A stretch of 64,000 nt of DNA, from contig JAXMOL010000002.1 of NCBI GenBank assembly GCA_034669905.1, positions 1 through 64,000 of the forward strand. Direction: 5' to 3'. The notes beneath the pieces are model-generated. The model worked only from the letters and a program-made list of their open reading frames with translations, was not told the origin of the DNA and did no database searches. The DNA comes from Candidatus Hydrogenedentota bacterium. GTDB lineage: Bacteria > Hydrogenedentota > Hydrogenedentia > Hydrogenedentales > JAEUWI01. Below, piece after piece: positions 48,088 to 58,640 of the stretch; positions within the stretch are counted from its first letter, which is position 1; each line of letters begins with the position of its first letter. The position numbers and the translations under genes are program-made.

Positions 48088-48999
48088 TCAATGACCCCGA
48101 AGCGCACAATAAAGCAATCGATATGAATCCAAATTCAGGGGGGCATTGCGCCAGGCCAGTACCGCATAGCGCCTTGCCGATGCCACATAGCCCGCCTCCA
48201 GGGCCCACCACGCCCAACGCACATACGTTTGTCCGATCGATTGGGCCTTGGGTGGGTCCATCGAGACTTCCGGTATCCCTCTCCGCTGGCACGCTTCCGC
48301 GATAGCACGATTGCTGGAGGCAATACCTTCCTTGTGGTTGACGACGGTCACCTGCAGGGGATGTTGCCGGTAGTAGAGCAATATTTCCGGCAGATTCTCA
48401 AGATTCCCCAACTCGCCCAGCCGCAACCAGAGGTCAAAATCCTCGGCACTCACAAACGCGTCGCGATACCCGCCTACACTCCGAATGGCTTCCGTTCGAA
48501 TCATCGTACTCGGGTGGCAGAGTTGGCAGCGTTCCGCCCGTATATGGGAACCGTCAATCTCCTCGTGCGTCGACTGCTGAAACCAGGTGTCGGAAAGGGG
48601 CCGCCCCCTTGGATCTACAAAGGTCACAAAGGTTCCCAGCGCCACACATTCCGGGTGCGCGTCCATATAGGCCACCTGCTTCTCAAAGCGCTCGGGAAGG
48701 CTGATGTCATCGGCGTCCATGCGTGCGATAAGGGGAGCTCGGGCAAGTTCGATGCCTTGATTCAACGTCGCCACCAGGCCCCGGTTTTCGCGCGAAACAA
48801 CGCGCACACGTGGGTCACGGGCGGCGATTTCTTCCAATATAGCGAGCGACCCATCCTTGGAGCCGTCGTCGATAATGATGGCCTCAAAGTCGCGAAAGGT
48901 CTGATTCAAGATGCTTTCGATGGCTTCCGAAAGATAGGCTTCCCCATTGTAGACTGGAAGGATTACAGAAATCCTTGGGGGGGCTTGTGTGTCGGTCAT
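48088..48999 (-). CDS. Glycosyltransferase family 2
   Basis: ISVILPVYN, IIDDGSKD, IARMDADD and AEDFDLWLR. Confidence 0.93.
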   Translation of the reverse strand: MTDTQAPPRISVILPVYNGEAYLSEAIESILNQTFRDFEAIIIDDGSKDGSLAILEEIAARDPRVRVVSRENRGLVATLNQGIELARAPLIARMDADDISLPERFEKQVAYMDAHPECVALGTFVTFVDPRGRPLSDTWFQQSTHEEIDGSHIRAERCQLCHPSTMIRTEAIRSVGGYRDAFVSAEDFDLWLRLGELGNLENLPEILLYYRQHPLQVTVVNHKEGIASSNRAIAEACQRRGIPEVSMDPPKAQSIGQTYVRWAWWALEAGYVASARRYAVLAWRNAPLNLDSYRLLYCALRGH

Positions 49000-49153
49000 T
49001 GAGCAGTCCTGTGAAGTTTAGGCTACGGACTTCCGCCGAAATCCGTGCGTGGCATAGGGGTTCAATATGCGTGATGATATGACAAAATAGCAAACGCTGG
49101 AGTATTTCATTGGTTCTATCTCAGCTCTTACCCGACTTCGAGTAACCCCGTTA

Positions 49154-50254
49154 TCAGTGCCCCGAACGGCTAACCACAACGCCCTCGGGCAAGGACTCCG
49201 AAAAGGCCTTGGGGTCCTCCCAATAGTCTCGGTCCTCCGCCAGAACCCGCCGCGCTGCACGGAGACGTTCCGACAAACCGTAGTCGAACCAGTATTCGCC
49301 AATGAAGCGGGAGGCAAGCTTCCGCCCACCTGGCAGGGCATGTAGCCGGTAGCCCGCCATTCCTTTGTAGAATTGAAAGGCCCCGATCAATCCCAAGCGG
49401 TAACTTTCCCGCCAGGCGCTGAGGGCCTCGGACAGCAGACCAAGATGGCAGGTCAGGACCAGATTATTCTTGTGCGTAGCAGAGCGGAGACAGGCCAGGT
49501 ACTGGGACGAAGGCCTATCCTGTCCCAGGATAAGTCCGGAAATCTCCAGAAAGAGCCGCTTTCGACCCAGAATATGATCCGGCCGCGATTCATTGGCGGA
49601 TATCGCGCCCCCATCATTTCCCGGACGGCGTACAAAGTGATCCGGGAAGTTCACCCGGGCGTATTGCCGGGTCGCCAGCAACGCCCGTATATGGAATTCC
49701 CAATCTTGCCAACTGGGTGCAAGTTCGTCCCATTCCAACTGGGCTTCATCGAGAAAAGACCGTCGCCAGAACGGCCCGGTCGTTTGCCAGGGCGCATCCA
49801 GCAATAAAAAGCGTTCCAGATCGTCTGCCTCCGTAAAGGCATTCCACATCGTTCGCAGATCGCCCGGCACCTCAACAAACAACGCGGCGGGATATACCGA
49901 AAAATCGAGCGTCCTATTGGCTTCCATCAGGGCCACACGGGCCTCGAGACATGTGGGGTGCAACAAATCATCGGAATCCAGAAAGATGACATATTCGCCC
50001 TGGGATGCATGAAACCCCTGATTCCGGCAGGCTGGAGCGCCTTTCTGCGTGCCCGCCCGGCGCATATAGTGTATCCGCTCATCATCCGCACATTGCGCCG
50101 TCATGACGGAATCCGTGTCGTCGGTGGAGTGATCATCCACCACATACGCCTCCCAATTCGTATGGGATTGCGCTCGGAGAGAGTCCAGGGTCTGAATCAA
50201 ACACTCCGCACGGTTGTACGTTGGAATAACGATGGAAACCTGCTTTTTAACCAC
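49154..50254 (-). CDS. Glycosyltransferase family 2
   Basis: VSIVIPTYNR, VVDDHSTD, FLDSDD and WQDWEFHIR. Confidence 0.92.
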   Translation of the reverse strand: MVKKQVSIVIPTYNRAECLIQTLDSLRAQSHTNWEAYVVDDHSTDDTDSVMTAQCADDERIHYMRRAGTQKGAPACRNQGFHASQGEYVIFLDSDDLLHPTCLEARVALMEANRTLDFSVYPAALFVEVPGDLRTMWNAFTEADDLERFLLLDAPWQTTGPFWRRSFLDEAQLEWDELAPSWQDWEFHIRALLATRQYARVNFPDHFVRRPGNDGGAISANESRPDHILGRKRLFLEISGLILGQDRPSSQYLACLRSATHKNNLVLTCHLGLLSEALSAWRESYRLGLIGAFQFYKGMAGYRLHALPGGRKLASRFIGEYWFDYGLSERLRAARRVLAEDRDYWEDPKAFSESLPEGVVVSRSGH

Positions 50255-50340
50255 GTGCTATCTTCCCGCTTGGTCGTCCAAAGCCGAAACGAAGTGCGTT
50301 TCCTGCCTGATGGGCCGCGCGTTGCCACTGGCAGCCATCA

Positions 50341-51471
50341 TCATGTTGCATTCGATGTCACCCCCGAGATGGCCGCGGCCAGACGAGCGATACTGTGGTC
50401 CATCGAAAACTTGTCGCAAATGTGTTCGCGTGCAAAGCGCCCCATTTCTCCCGCCAGCTCGGCGTCTCGCGCCAACTGACACAAGTAGGTCGCCATGCCA
50501 TCAATATCACGCTCGGGCACCAGGAATCCCGATCGCTCATGCTCCACCACATCACGAATACCCGCATGGGCGGTGGCCACGACCGGAATACCGCTCGCGC
50601 CAGCTTCCAAGACCGCAACCGGTGTCCCCTCGGAGTCGCCGTTGCTCGCCGTCACACTGTGCTGGATGAAGGCCCGGGCCCCTTTCATCCGCTCCGCAAC
50701 GACCTCATGGGAACAACTGCCCAGCAACTCGACACACGATTCCAGATTCAAGGCCTGAACCATTTGTGAGCAGGCATCCAGCAAGGGACCATCCCCAATC
50801 ATCACCAGACGGGCATCCGGACATTCTTGCCAAACTTTCTGAAAGGCCAGTATGGCAAGGTGGGGGGCCTTCTTATCCACAAAGCGACCGACGGAAAGAA
50901 AGACCGGCGGAGCCTCCGCCGGATTCGAGGCCGTAAATTTCGTCGTCTCCACGCCACAGGGATTCCAATGGGTCTTCTCTGGTGGCGCACCCATGGATAT
51001 CAGGTGCTCACGCATGTGTTTGGATACGGCGATAAATGCCTGGGCATGGGCGAAAAGATGCTCATACCGCGCGCCGTATTCCTTCCAAACCTCCACGGAG
51101 TGTGCATCGTAGCCATGAAAGTGAACAACCAAGGGCACATCGTGCTTGTTGCACGCGTCCACAATATCGGCACCCACCACCCCGTACTCCGACATCACCA
51201 CGTCGATCTGATTGCGCACCAACCAACGGCCAAAGACTTCCTGGTTTACCTTTGCCTCGGCATCATAGCCCTTCGCGCGGAATCCCGTAATTTTTCGAAT
51301 CAGCCGGTCACCCAACGAGCCCAAGGGCGCGTCATCAGCGGTCTGAAACCGGGGGACATTGCCCCACTGGGCATAGACGCCCGTCACCTCGAAGGGAAGC
51401 AACGCGATATGATCGCGAATAAAAGTCTCCGAATAGGTCCCTTTGCTCGGATGGGCAATACAAAGTCTCAT
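50341..51471 (-). CDS. Glycosyltransferase family 4 (WcaL/AmsK-like)
   Basis: SETFI, HFHGYD, VGRFVDKK and HSVTASNGDSEGTPVAVLEA. Confidence 0.92.
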   Translation of the reverse strand: MRLCIAHPSKGTYSETFIRDHIALLPFEVTGVYAQWGNVPRFQTADDAPLGSLGDRLIRKITGFRAKGYDAEAKVNQEVFGRWLVRNQIDVVMSEYGVVGADIVDACNKHDVPLVVHFHGYDAHSVEVWKEYGARYEHLFAHAQAFIAVSKHMREHLISMGAPPEKTHWNPCGVETTKFTASNPAEAPPVFLSVGRFVDKKAPHLAILAFQKVWQECPDARLVMIGDGPLLDACSQMVQALNLESCVELLGSCSHEVVAERMKGARAFIQHSVTASNGDSEGTPVAVLEAGASGIPVVATAHAGIRDVVEHERSGFLVPERDIDGMATYLCQLARDAELAGEMGRFAREHICDKFSMDHSIARLAAAISGVTSNAT

Positions 51472-52280
51472 TGATGGGCTTTCCTGGTAAATTTGGCGAT
51501 TTGGCGCGTTGTCCATAGGCGCAGAAAGTCTTTCAGGGAAACAGGATAGTATTCCGCATAATGCTCCGCCATGGCATATCGCTGACCGTTAAAATTCATA
51601 GGACGTAGCGCGACATTTCTTTCAAGAACACAGTGGGTATATTGATTGGTCTGCCAGACATCTTCCAAGGAATAGTGCTTTATTGAAAGGCCAAACTCCT
51701 CACAAAGTGATTGAATGTCACCGACCGTAATGATTTCATCGACAATCTGCAACTCATCCGGTTCGTGCTCACGCATATATCGCTGATAAAGCTCGCTTGG
51801 AAAGGTAAGGGCAATCGCTCCTCCGTCCGCAAGATTGGCACAAAGATTCTTAAACAGTGCACTTCGTTGGGCAACGGGAATATGCCCCAAGACGTCTACC
51901 AGGATAATGATATTCACGGGCTGCTCGGACCACTGCGTCAGCAAATCCCCATCATGGACCACATCAATGGCCTTGAACTTAACGTTATTCGCTTTGCAAA
52001 GCTCTTCCGCCGCCTTCACCGCTTCAGAGCTAATGTCACACGCAGAAACGTGGCCGTCAGCGGCGCGTGCAGCCCAGTACCCCGTCAGGATTCCTGCGCC
52101 ACACCCCACCTCCAATACATGGGCATCCTTGGCAATATGCGGCAGAATGCGTGTCAATGCTGCAATATGTCGGAAATTGGGGCGCTCTTGGTAAGAAGCA
52201 AAACGACCATGGGTAAAGTCGTCGTAGTATGCCTCGATTTCCTTCCGTCGTTGCGCGTCATCGTCATTCAAGGTGTTCAT
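51468..52280 (-). CDS. Class I SAM-dependent methyltransferase
   Basis: VLEVGCGAG, ACDIS and DVLGHIP; ATGA coupling to the downstream GT4. Confidence 0.82.
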   Translation of the reverse strand: MNTLNDDDAQRRKEIEAYYDDFTHGRFASYQERPNFRHIAALTRILPHIAKDAHVLEVGCGAGILTGYWAARAADGHVSACDISSEAVKAAEELCKANNVKFKAIDVVHDGDLLTQWSEQPVNIIILVDVLGHIPVAQRSALFKNLCANLADGGAIALTFPSELYQRYMREHEPDELQIVDEIITVGDIQSLCEEFGLSIKHYSLEDVWQTNQYTHCVLERNVALRPMNFNGQRYAMAEHYAEYYPVSLKDFLRLWTTRQIAKFTRKAHQ

Positions 52281-52396
52281 TGAAGCAACCTTTCTGAACG
52301 CCGACTAGACGTCATTTGCAATTACTCGTTGCCAAATTATTCGCCAGCATTCCACAGTAGACTGCGACGAATTCGTCAAGGTACTTTAAAGCATGT

Positions 52397-53125
52397 TCAG
52401 ACTTTCTTCTGAGCAACGAGCGAATAGCCCAATGGGAACTGTCTCATCGTCGAATTCGACATTCGCTTCATGGCACCCAGATTAAAAATCCCATCCAGAA
52501 CACTTTTGCACAATTTCGCTTTCCACCCAACGCGCAGGTTTTTTCCAATCAAATCCATGCAGATTTCCCGAAACCCCCCATAGGGCTCCAAGGAAAGAAC
52601 GGACAAGCCGTGCTGATCGCAAAAATGACGTAGCTTATGCTCAGTATAGCGATGAAAGTCGTAGGGTTCTTCATGCAACCAATACATGAACGGCACCCCC
52701 AATATCAGTTTCCCTTGGGGCCGCAGCACCCGGACGATATCGGAGAACAGTATGTCTGGTTGTGCAATATGTTCCAGTACATCCGATGCGAGAATGGTGT
52801 CAAAAGACTCTGTGGCCAGGGGAATGCCCTCATTCAGATCGCAAGCAGCATCGATAAATGATGCCTCATGAAGTGTTTGAGGCCAATCTATGCAAATCAC
52901 TTCCTCAGCATGTGGTTGATAAACTCCGTAGAGCGGTGCGTTTCCACATCCTAGATCCAGAAGCTTTCCGGCGACATGCTGCGCCAACAAACCCTGATAG
53001 GCCGCAGCAATGCGATCGGCGATTAGACGCGATGTGGGTGACACACAGGCCGGATCCCTGGAAGCCATCAACTGATCATTTTCTAGTACAAATTTCGTTG
53101 CTGTCCACTCAGTTTCTCGACGCAT
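52397..53125 (-). CDS. Class I SAM-dependent methyltransferase (glycan-cluster type)
   Basis: LLDLGCGNAP, DVLEHI, RVLRPQG and VPFMYWLHEEPYDFHRYT. Confidence 0.87.
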   Translation of the reverse strand: MRRETEWTATKFVLENDQLMASRDPACVSPTSRLIADRIAAAYQGLLAQHVAGKLLDLGCGNAPLYGVYQPHAEEVICIDWPQTLHEASFIDAACDLNEGIPLATESFDTILASDVLEHIAQPDILFSDIVRVLRPQGKLILGVPFMYWLHEEPYDFHRYTEHKLRHFCDQHGLSVLSLEPYGGFREICMDLIGKNLRVGWKAKLCKSVLDGIFNLGAMKRMSNSTMRQFPLGYSLVAQKKV

Positions 53126-53127
53126 AA

Positions 53128-54714
53128 TTAACTCCTCGAGCCGAAGAGCTGCAGATACGGTTTCGCCCGTGCCGAAATCATATCTAACCCCTTCTCGACT
53201 TCCCGTTTATCGTCTTCATTCATCACGCCATAACGCAACACCGCCAAATACACCAGCGCCCCAAGGCATCCAAAGGTGAACAAAAGAACCCATGAATCTG
53301 GCACGTGGACCAACTTTAGCATAAAGAGAAAAGCTGCCGTCACAAAACTTGGGAGCAGCCCGGGAATCAGTATGTGCCGCATGGCCTCTCGGGCGCTGAC
53401 CCCCGAACACTTGAGACCAAAGGGCCATAGCAGCAGAGGCGGCAGAAGCGTTTCCGTCAGAAAGCTCGCGAGTACAGCCCCGAAAGCGCCCAATTCAAGA
53501 TAGACTACGAACGCCACGGTACACACCAGGTTAAAACAATGCATGGCCATACCACGACAAGTCCACGCACCCAACTGAGCGCGCGCAGAAGCCAGTTGGG
53601 GGGCCAACACGTTGCCATAGGAAACAAAGAACGCGGCCAACGTCATAATCATGAGGGGGTATGCCCCCACGTACTTTTCGCCCACATAGAGCTGCATCAC
53701 CTGCTCACTGAACACCATTAATGGCACGCAGAAAAAGAGGATACCCCAGAGCCCATAGCGGCCCACTCGAATATAGGTATTGCGAATTCGCCTGTCGTCA
53801 CTATTCGCATGCATGCTGACCAGTACCGGATCGACTGCACCCCGCGCGGCCAGGGCCAGGGAGTTTAGTTGGCGGTAGGCCATGGTGCCCACGTGATAAG
53901 TTGTAACGTCCACCGGCGTCGCATACTTGTTGAGCAAGATGGGATCGAGGGCCATGCGAATGGTATTCGCAAGGGTACCCAGAAAACTCCACCCCCCAAA
54001 GGTCGTGAGTTCCCGGGAAATTGACCACTTGATATGCTTCATTCGAAAGCGAAGCACGGGCACATAGTGGCGAGAGATCACGGTTGTAATTACCAGGCTC
54101 AACATCTCCGCACTGACCGATGCGATAATAACCCAAAGCACCCGCGTGCTTATACCGAACAGCAACGAAAACAAGAGTGTCAGCCGAACGACCTCGATAC
54201 CAACCCCGATCAAGTTCGACAACACAAATTTTTGACGAATATAGAGGCCCACCCCGAACGGGGAGAGGGGCAGACGAACGGCGGTGGAGAATATCAACAG
54301 CGCCATCATCACCCGGGCATCCCAGACATACTCAGGTGTCACATTCAGGAAGACATCAATATTCCAGGCAAAATACCAACCACCCGCCAGCAGGAAGACG
54401 CTGGACACACACAATATGGGAAACATGGTGGATACAATTTGCGAGACGCGCTCGTCATCGTCTTTGGCATAGGCCTCGACAATGTAGCGCCCAATCCCCC
54501 CGGTAAGAATGGCCGTGAGAAGGGGGGCAAACATCATTACCGAATACAATACCGGCAACAGACTGTATTCTTCGGCAGGAATTCGCCTCAGCAAGTACTG
54601 CTGCAACCAGATCAGCACCGACATGCTGAGAAGACGTGTCGCGACTGAACTGATAGAATTAATCAGTACGAGACGTTTACTGATCTCGACCCGATCCTTC
54701 ACAGGGCACCACAC
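53128..54714 (-). CDS. Oligosaccharide flippase (Wzx/MOP superfamily)
   Basis: About 12-14 TMs, ELTTFGGWSF...DPILL pattern, location in the GT cluster; start 54714 or 54702. Confidence 0.8.
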   Translation of the reverse strand: MWCPVKDRVEISKRLVLINSISSVATRLLSMSVLIWLQQYLLRRIPAEEYSLLPVLYSVMMFAPLLTAILTGGIGRYIVEAYAKDDDERVSQIVSTMFPILCVSSVFLLAGGWYFAWNIDVFLNVTPEYVWDARVMMALLIFSTAVRLPLSPFGVGLYIRQKFVLSNLIGVGIEVVRLTLLFSLLFGISTRVLWVIIASVSAEMLSLVITTVISRHYVPVLRFRMKHIKWSISRELTTFGGWSFLGTLANTIRMALDPILLNKYATPVDVTTYHVGTMAYRQLNSLALAARGAVDPVLVSMHANSDDRRIRNTYIRVGRYGLWGILFFCVPLMVFSEQVMQLYVGEKYVGAYPLMIMTLAAFFVSYGNVLAPQLASARAQLGAWTCRGMAMHCFNLVCTVAFVVYLELGAFGAVLASFLTETLLPPLLLWPFGLKCSGVSAREAMRHILIPGLLPSFVTAAFLFMLKLVHVPDSWVLLFTFGCLGALVYLAVLRYGVMNEDDKREVEKGLDMISARAKPYLQLFGSRS

Positions 54715-54895
54715 TTTCTGTCATAGGAAGTTTGCATTCAGTAGCATCCATAGCATGTTGTGCTGCGCAATAGTCTACCCGCGCAGGGCATCCACCGGGA
54801 GAGACAATGCCTGTGTGTAAATCTTGTAAACGTACGTACAGGAGATAGGTCAGCCATCCCGTTACAATCAATGAATCTGAAGAGCAGAGGTTTTC

Positions 54896-56278
54896 TCATC
54901 GTTGGGCTTGCGGGCGATAATGGTAAAGGGTCGCGCCCACCGCCATGATAATATGCCCCAAGAAGAACATGGGCGTCTGGCGGAATTCCCATTCGGTAAA
55001 ACTCTGCATCAAGACACCACCCAGGCTCAGAAAGACACCGAGCCGAAGCAGCTTGAGCAAGTCATCGCTTCGTTGAAAAATTGCGGATCCCCCGATCCAC
55101 ATGGATTGTATCAAAAACAGGCTCAGCAGCAAGAAGCCCGGAAAGCCGAGCTCTGTCACCGTTAACAGAAAAAAGTTGTGGGCCGGTGCGACCTGCCACC
55201 CGCCGGAAGGCGCCGAATAGAGGCTGGAATAGGGCTCCATATTAAAGCCCGCCTGGCGGCCGTAGGTCTTGGAAATGGCCCAGCTCCAGTTATTGAGGCC
55301 CACCCCGGTGAAGGGTTTATCCGCGATGGCAGGTGAGGCCTGACGGAAATAGGTCCCCCGATCACCCTCTTCGGACATGTACTCTGCCCCCAAATCAAAT
55401 CCCCCCAGCCGACTCATGATGGAATCCCAGGACTTCACCACCATCAGCGACACAAGGAGCACCCCCAGACTGGCGAGGGCCACGTTGCGGGTGGAGATCT
55501 TGAATCCGGTGCCCAGGCCAAAGGCTGCGCCGGATAAGAGCACCATGGCGGCGAAGCCGGTCCGACTGATGGTCAGCAAGACACACCCGGCCGCGGCGAC
55601 AAAGGCCAATACACAGGCGATACGTAACTTCTGGGAAATATCTTTGGCGAAAAAACTGGTGATGAATATGGGTAGACACTGGAGGGCGTACATGGACAGG
55701 GAGTTGGGGTGGCCCAGGGTCCCCCGGATTCGGTGAATATGGTGCAAATAGCGATCCCGTAGACAAATCAGGGCTTCATAGAAGATGGTCCCCACGAGGG
55801 CCCAGACGAAGAGATTGACCTCTCGCGGGCTCCGCACGTAAGCGCACACGGCCACGAACAACAACATGGCCCGCATGAGTTTGGTCACCTCGAAGACGCC
55901 GAAGATCTTGGGGTCACTGAAGAGGGCGACGTTGAGGAGGCACCACACGAAGTAGGCAACGAGGAGGCCCATGGAGGGGGGCCAGAACATTTTCTTCCCC
56001 TCGCGTTGGCGCACCACGAGGCTGCTGATGAAAAGGATGATAGCCAGCAGGTCGAGGTAGGAGATCTCAATGCCCCGGGTGGAGCCCCGATACCACTCGC
56101 GGCTGAGGAAGTTGATGTCGGTGGGAAAGCCGAAGAGCCCGCTGGGCATGCAGGTGCCGAAGACCAGGAAGACAAAGACAAAATCGAGGACCTTGCGGGA
56201 TTGGGTGGCGAAAATGATCCCAGCGGGGACACACACGGCACTGCCCGCAAAGAAGATGATGTGCTTGGCTTCGATCAC
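54896..56278 (-). CDS. O-antigen ligase/polymerase (Wzy_C) family membrane protein
   Basis: RIRGTLGHPNSL, LLTISRTG, PFTGVGLNN and AHNFFLLTVTELG; GTG start overlapping the upstream TGA. Confidence 0.87.
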   Translation of the reverse strand: MIEAKHIIFFAGSAVCVPAGIIFATQSRKVLDFVFVFLVFGTCMPSGLFGFPTDINFLSREWYRGSTRGIEISYLDLLAIILFISSLVVRQREGKKMFWPPSMGLLVAYFVWCLLNVALFSDPKIFGVFEVTKLMRAMLLFVAVCAYVRSPREVNLFVWALVGTIFYEALICLRDRYLHHIHRIRGTLGHPNSLSMYALQCLPIFITSFFAKDISQKLRIACVLAFVAAAGCVLLTISRTGFAAMVLLSGAAFGLGTGFKISTRNVALASLGVLLVSLMVVKSWDSIMSRLGGFDLGAEYMSEEGDRGTYFRQASPAIADKPFTGVGLNNWSWAISKTYGRQAGFNMEPYSSLYSAPSGGWQVAPAHNFFLLTVTELGFPGFLLLSLFLIQSMWIGGSAIFQRSDDLLKLLRLGVFLSLGGVLMQSFTEWEFRQTPMFFLGHIIMAVGATLYHYRPQAQR

Positions 56279-57468
56279 CGGGCAGACTCCTCTTCCAGGC
56301 GTTCGCCGTCGATGGAGTCTTTCATGAGATTGTAGAGGTCTTCGAGGCGGTGAGGCTTCTTTTCCAGGGCCACGTTGGTCATGAAGGAAGCGGCCGAATC
56401 CTTGTCTTCGGGGGCGAAACCATGCATCCCCGCGAGGGGCTTGACACCCATGTGGCTGGGGCAAATCAGCACGCCGGGCTTCATCAGGAAAAAGAGCTCG
56501 CCATAGGTGTTCCCCGGAAAGTCACAGCCATAGGCCGCCAGCTCGTCGTCGCTCATGATGTGGCCAAGGGGCTCGTCCTGCAGGGCCGCTTCGATTTGTT
56601 CACGGGCGCCGGGCTTGAGGAACCAGAAGCGCGCCATGGTGGAGTCGTAGGCCACGGCGTAGTCTTCGCCAAAGCGCAGGCCCAGGGCTTCGATTCGGCC
56701 TTTCACGTCGCACACCTCCGTGATATCGGTCATGCCGTGGTCCGAAAAGAGAAAGAGGTTGACCTCGTCGTAGTTGGCCTGGGCCGCCTCATAGACCCGA
56801 CGGATCTCCGCGTCGTACCAGGCGATGTGCTCGCTGACCTGCGTGCCGTTGGTGCCATATTGGTGGAGCAGGGCATCGAGGCGCCCGAAGAACAAATAGC
56901 CGAAACCGATTTGCCCCGCCGTCACGGCGTCCACCATTTCCTCCACGCACTCGGGCTCGACGTAACTTTCGGAGCGACAGTAAGGAATCTGTCGTTCGCG
57001 CAGGTAATCAAAAATCGTGGTTTGCCCGCCGTTGATGCCACCGGCTTCAAAGATGTTTTTCTGTTCGGTGTAATTGAAGAGGTGGAGGGTCTTGAAGGGC
57101 ATATTGTAGAGCTGGAAGTAGCCCGTGAAACCGTGGACCTTTTTCATGATCTGGCTGAACTTCGCCCGCACCCGACCGCGCTCCATGAGGAAGCGGGGCA
57201 GCAGGCCAAAAAACTTGTAGAACTTGAAGGGCGACTTCTTCGGATCATAGGCAAAGAAGGCGAAGTGCCCATGCTCGCGGGGCATTTTCCCCGTGATAAT
57301 CGTGGGGTCGCAGGTGGAGCTGTAGCCGAAGATGGTCTCCAGCCGTTGCTTGTCCACGAGGATATCGTCGAGGAAGGAATGGCGCTGCAAGATCTCCCAC
57401 CCCAAGGCATCAATGAAGACACAGAGGGTCAGGCGTTTGCGGGCGTTGTTCTCGGATTCCTGGCTCAT
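56275..57468 (-). CDS. Alkaline phosphatase superfamily / nucleotide pyrophosphatase-phosphodiesterase-type protein, no signal peptide
   Basis: FIDALG, GYSST (candidate nucleophile), DALLH, FSDHGM and GMHG metal-ligand pattern. Confidence 0.82.
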   Translation of the reverse strand: MSQESENNARKRLTLCVFIDALGWEILQRHSFLDDILVDKQRLETIFGYSSTCDPTIITGKMPREHGHFAFFAYDPKKSPFKFYKFFGLLPRFLMERGRVRAKFSQIMKKVHGFTGYFQLYNMPFKTLHLFNYTEQKNIFEAGGINGGQTTIFDYLRERQIPYCRSESYVEPECVEEMVDAVTAGQIGFGYLFFGRLDALLHQYGTNGTQVSEHIAWYDAEIRRVYEAAQANYDEVNLFLFSDHGMTDITEVCDVKGRIEALGLRFGEDYAVAYDSTMARFWFLKPGAREQIEAALQDEPLGHIMSDDELAAYGCDFPGNTYGELFFLMKPGVLICPSHMGVKPLAGMHGFAPEDKDSAASFMTNVALEKKPHRLEDLYNLMKDSIDGERLEEESAR

Positions 57469-58640
57469 GCGTCGCCCTTGAGATGGGTTTCCACCTTGTC
57501 CAGGTAGTCTTCAAAAGAAAAACGTTCCGTCACGCGGTCCACGCCGTTCTGTCCCATCTGCTGGGCCAGGGCCGTGTCGGTCAGCAGCTTTTCGATGGCC
57601 GCTGCGTAGGCCTTTACGTCTTGCTCAGGCACGATAAAGCCGGTGTGCTCATGGTCGCACCAGTTGGAGTTTCCGCCCACGTCAAAGGCCACCACGGGCC
57701 GTGCGTGGCGCATGGATTCCTGCCCCACGAGGGTGAAGGGCTCGGGCCAGCACGAGGGAATGGCCATCACCTTGGATTTGCGGTAATAGTTGGGCACGTC
57801 TTCGTGATCCACCCACCCCACAAAGGTCACCTTGTCGTCGAGACCCAGCTCGGTGCTGAGGGCACGGAGCTTGGCTTCGTATTTACCCGTGCCGACGATA
57901 TCGAGGTGGAAGGGGCACTTCACCAGATGGAGCGCGCGCAACAGGAAATCGACGCCCTTCCCGCGAATCAAGGAGCCGATGTAGACCACGTTGTTTTCTT
58001 CGGGCACCGGCGTGGGGTCGGGATCGCCCAGCTCGAGAATGGGATTGCAGATGTGGACCCGCTCGGGGGGGAAACCGTTGATAACCAGCTGCTCGTGGAC
58101 GTAGGTACTCACCACGAGTGTCGCGTCAAAATGATGGTTGCGCCGCATTTCCTTAATCTTGTTGGGAATGCTGGCCAGCTTGACCGGCAGGGGACCCTCG
58201 GGGTTGCGCTCGAGGAAGGCGCCATCGAGGTAGCAGCGCCACCCGGCCGCCACGTGGCAGGTCATGCGGTTGTGGGTGAAGTAGCCCGTGCCCTTGGGAC
58301 ACCAGAGGTCATGATCGTGGACCATGCGAACCTTGCGCACATCGGGGTTGTGTTCCAGCCCCGGCGGCAGGTTGGTCACCTTGTGAAAAAACACCACGTC
58401 GGGCTTTACGGCCTCCAGGATGGCATCGAAAGCCTGTCCCTCGGTGCCTTCGGCGCAAAACTCGCTGCAGCGATAGGTCTCGATGAAAGGCGCCCCGAAT
58501 TCTTCGGGATCCCTTCCGTCCACCCCATAGGCAAAGTAGCACTCGTGACCACGGCGGGTAAGACCCCGCGTGTAGTTCAGAATGACCTGCTCGACACCGC
58601 CGTAATAGCCGCGAAGGTTATTGGCAAACAGAATTTTCAT
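57465..58640 (-). CDS. Glycosyltransferase family 4
   Basis: GGVEQ, HDHDLWCP, KGVDFLL and PSCWPEPFTLVGQES. Confidence 0.9.
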   Translation of the reverse strand: MKILFANNLRGYYGGVEQVILNYTRGLTRRGHECYFAYGVDGRDPEEFGAPFIETYRCSEFCAEGTEGQAFDAILEAVKPDVVFFHKVTNLPPGLEHNPDVRKVRMVHDHDLWCPKGTGYFTHNRMTCHVAAGWRCYLDGAFLERNPEGPLPVKLASIPNKIKEMRRNHHFDATLVVSTYVHEQLVINGFPPERVHICNPILELGDPDPTPVPEENNVVYIGSLIRGKGVDFLLRALHLVKCPFHLDIVGTGKYEAKLRALSTELGLDDKVTFVGWVDHEDVPNYYRKSKVMAIPSCWPEPFTLVGQESMRHARPVVAFDVGGNSNWCDHEHTGFIVPEQDVKAYAAAIEKLLTDTALAQQMGQNGVDRVTERFSFEDYLDKVETHLKGDA

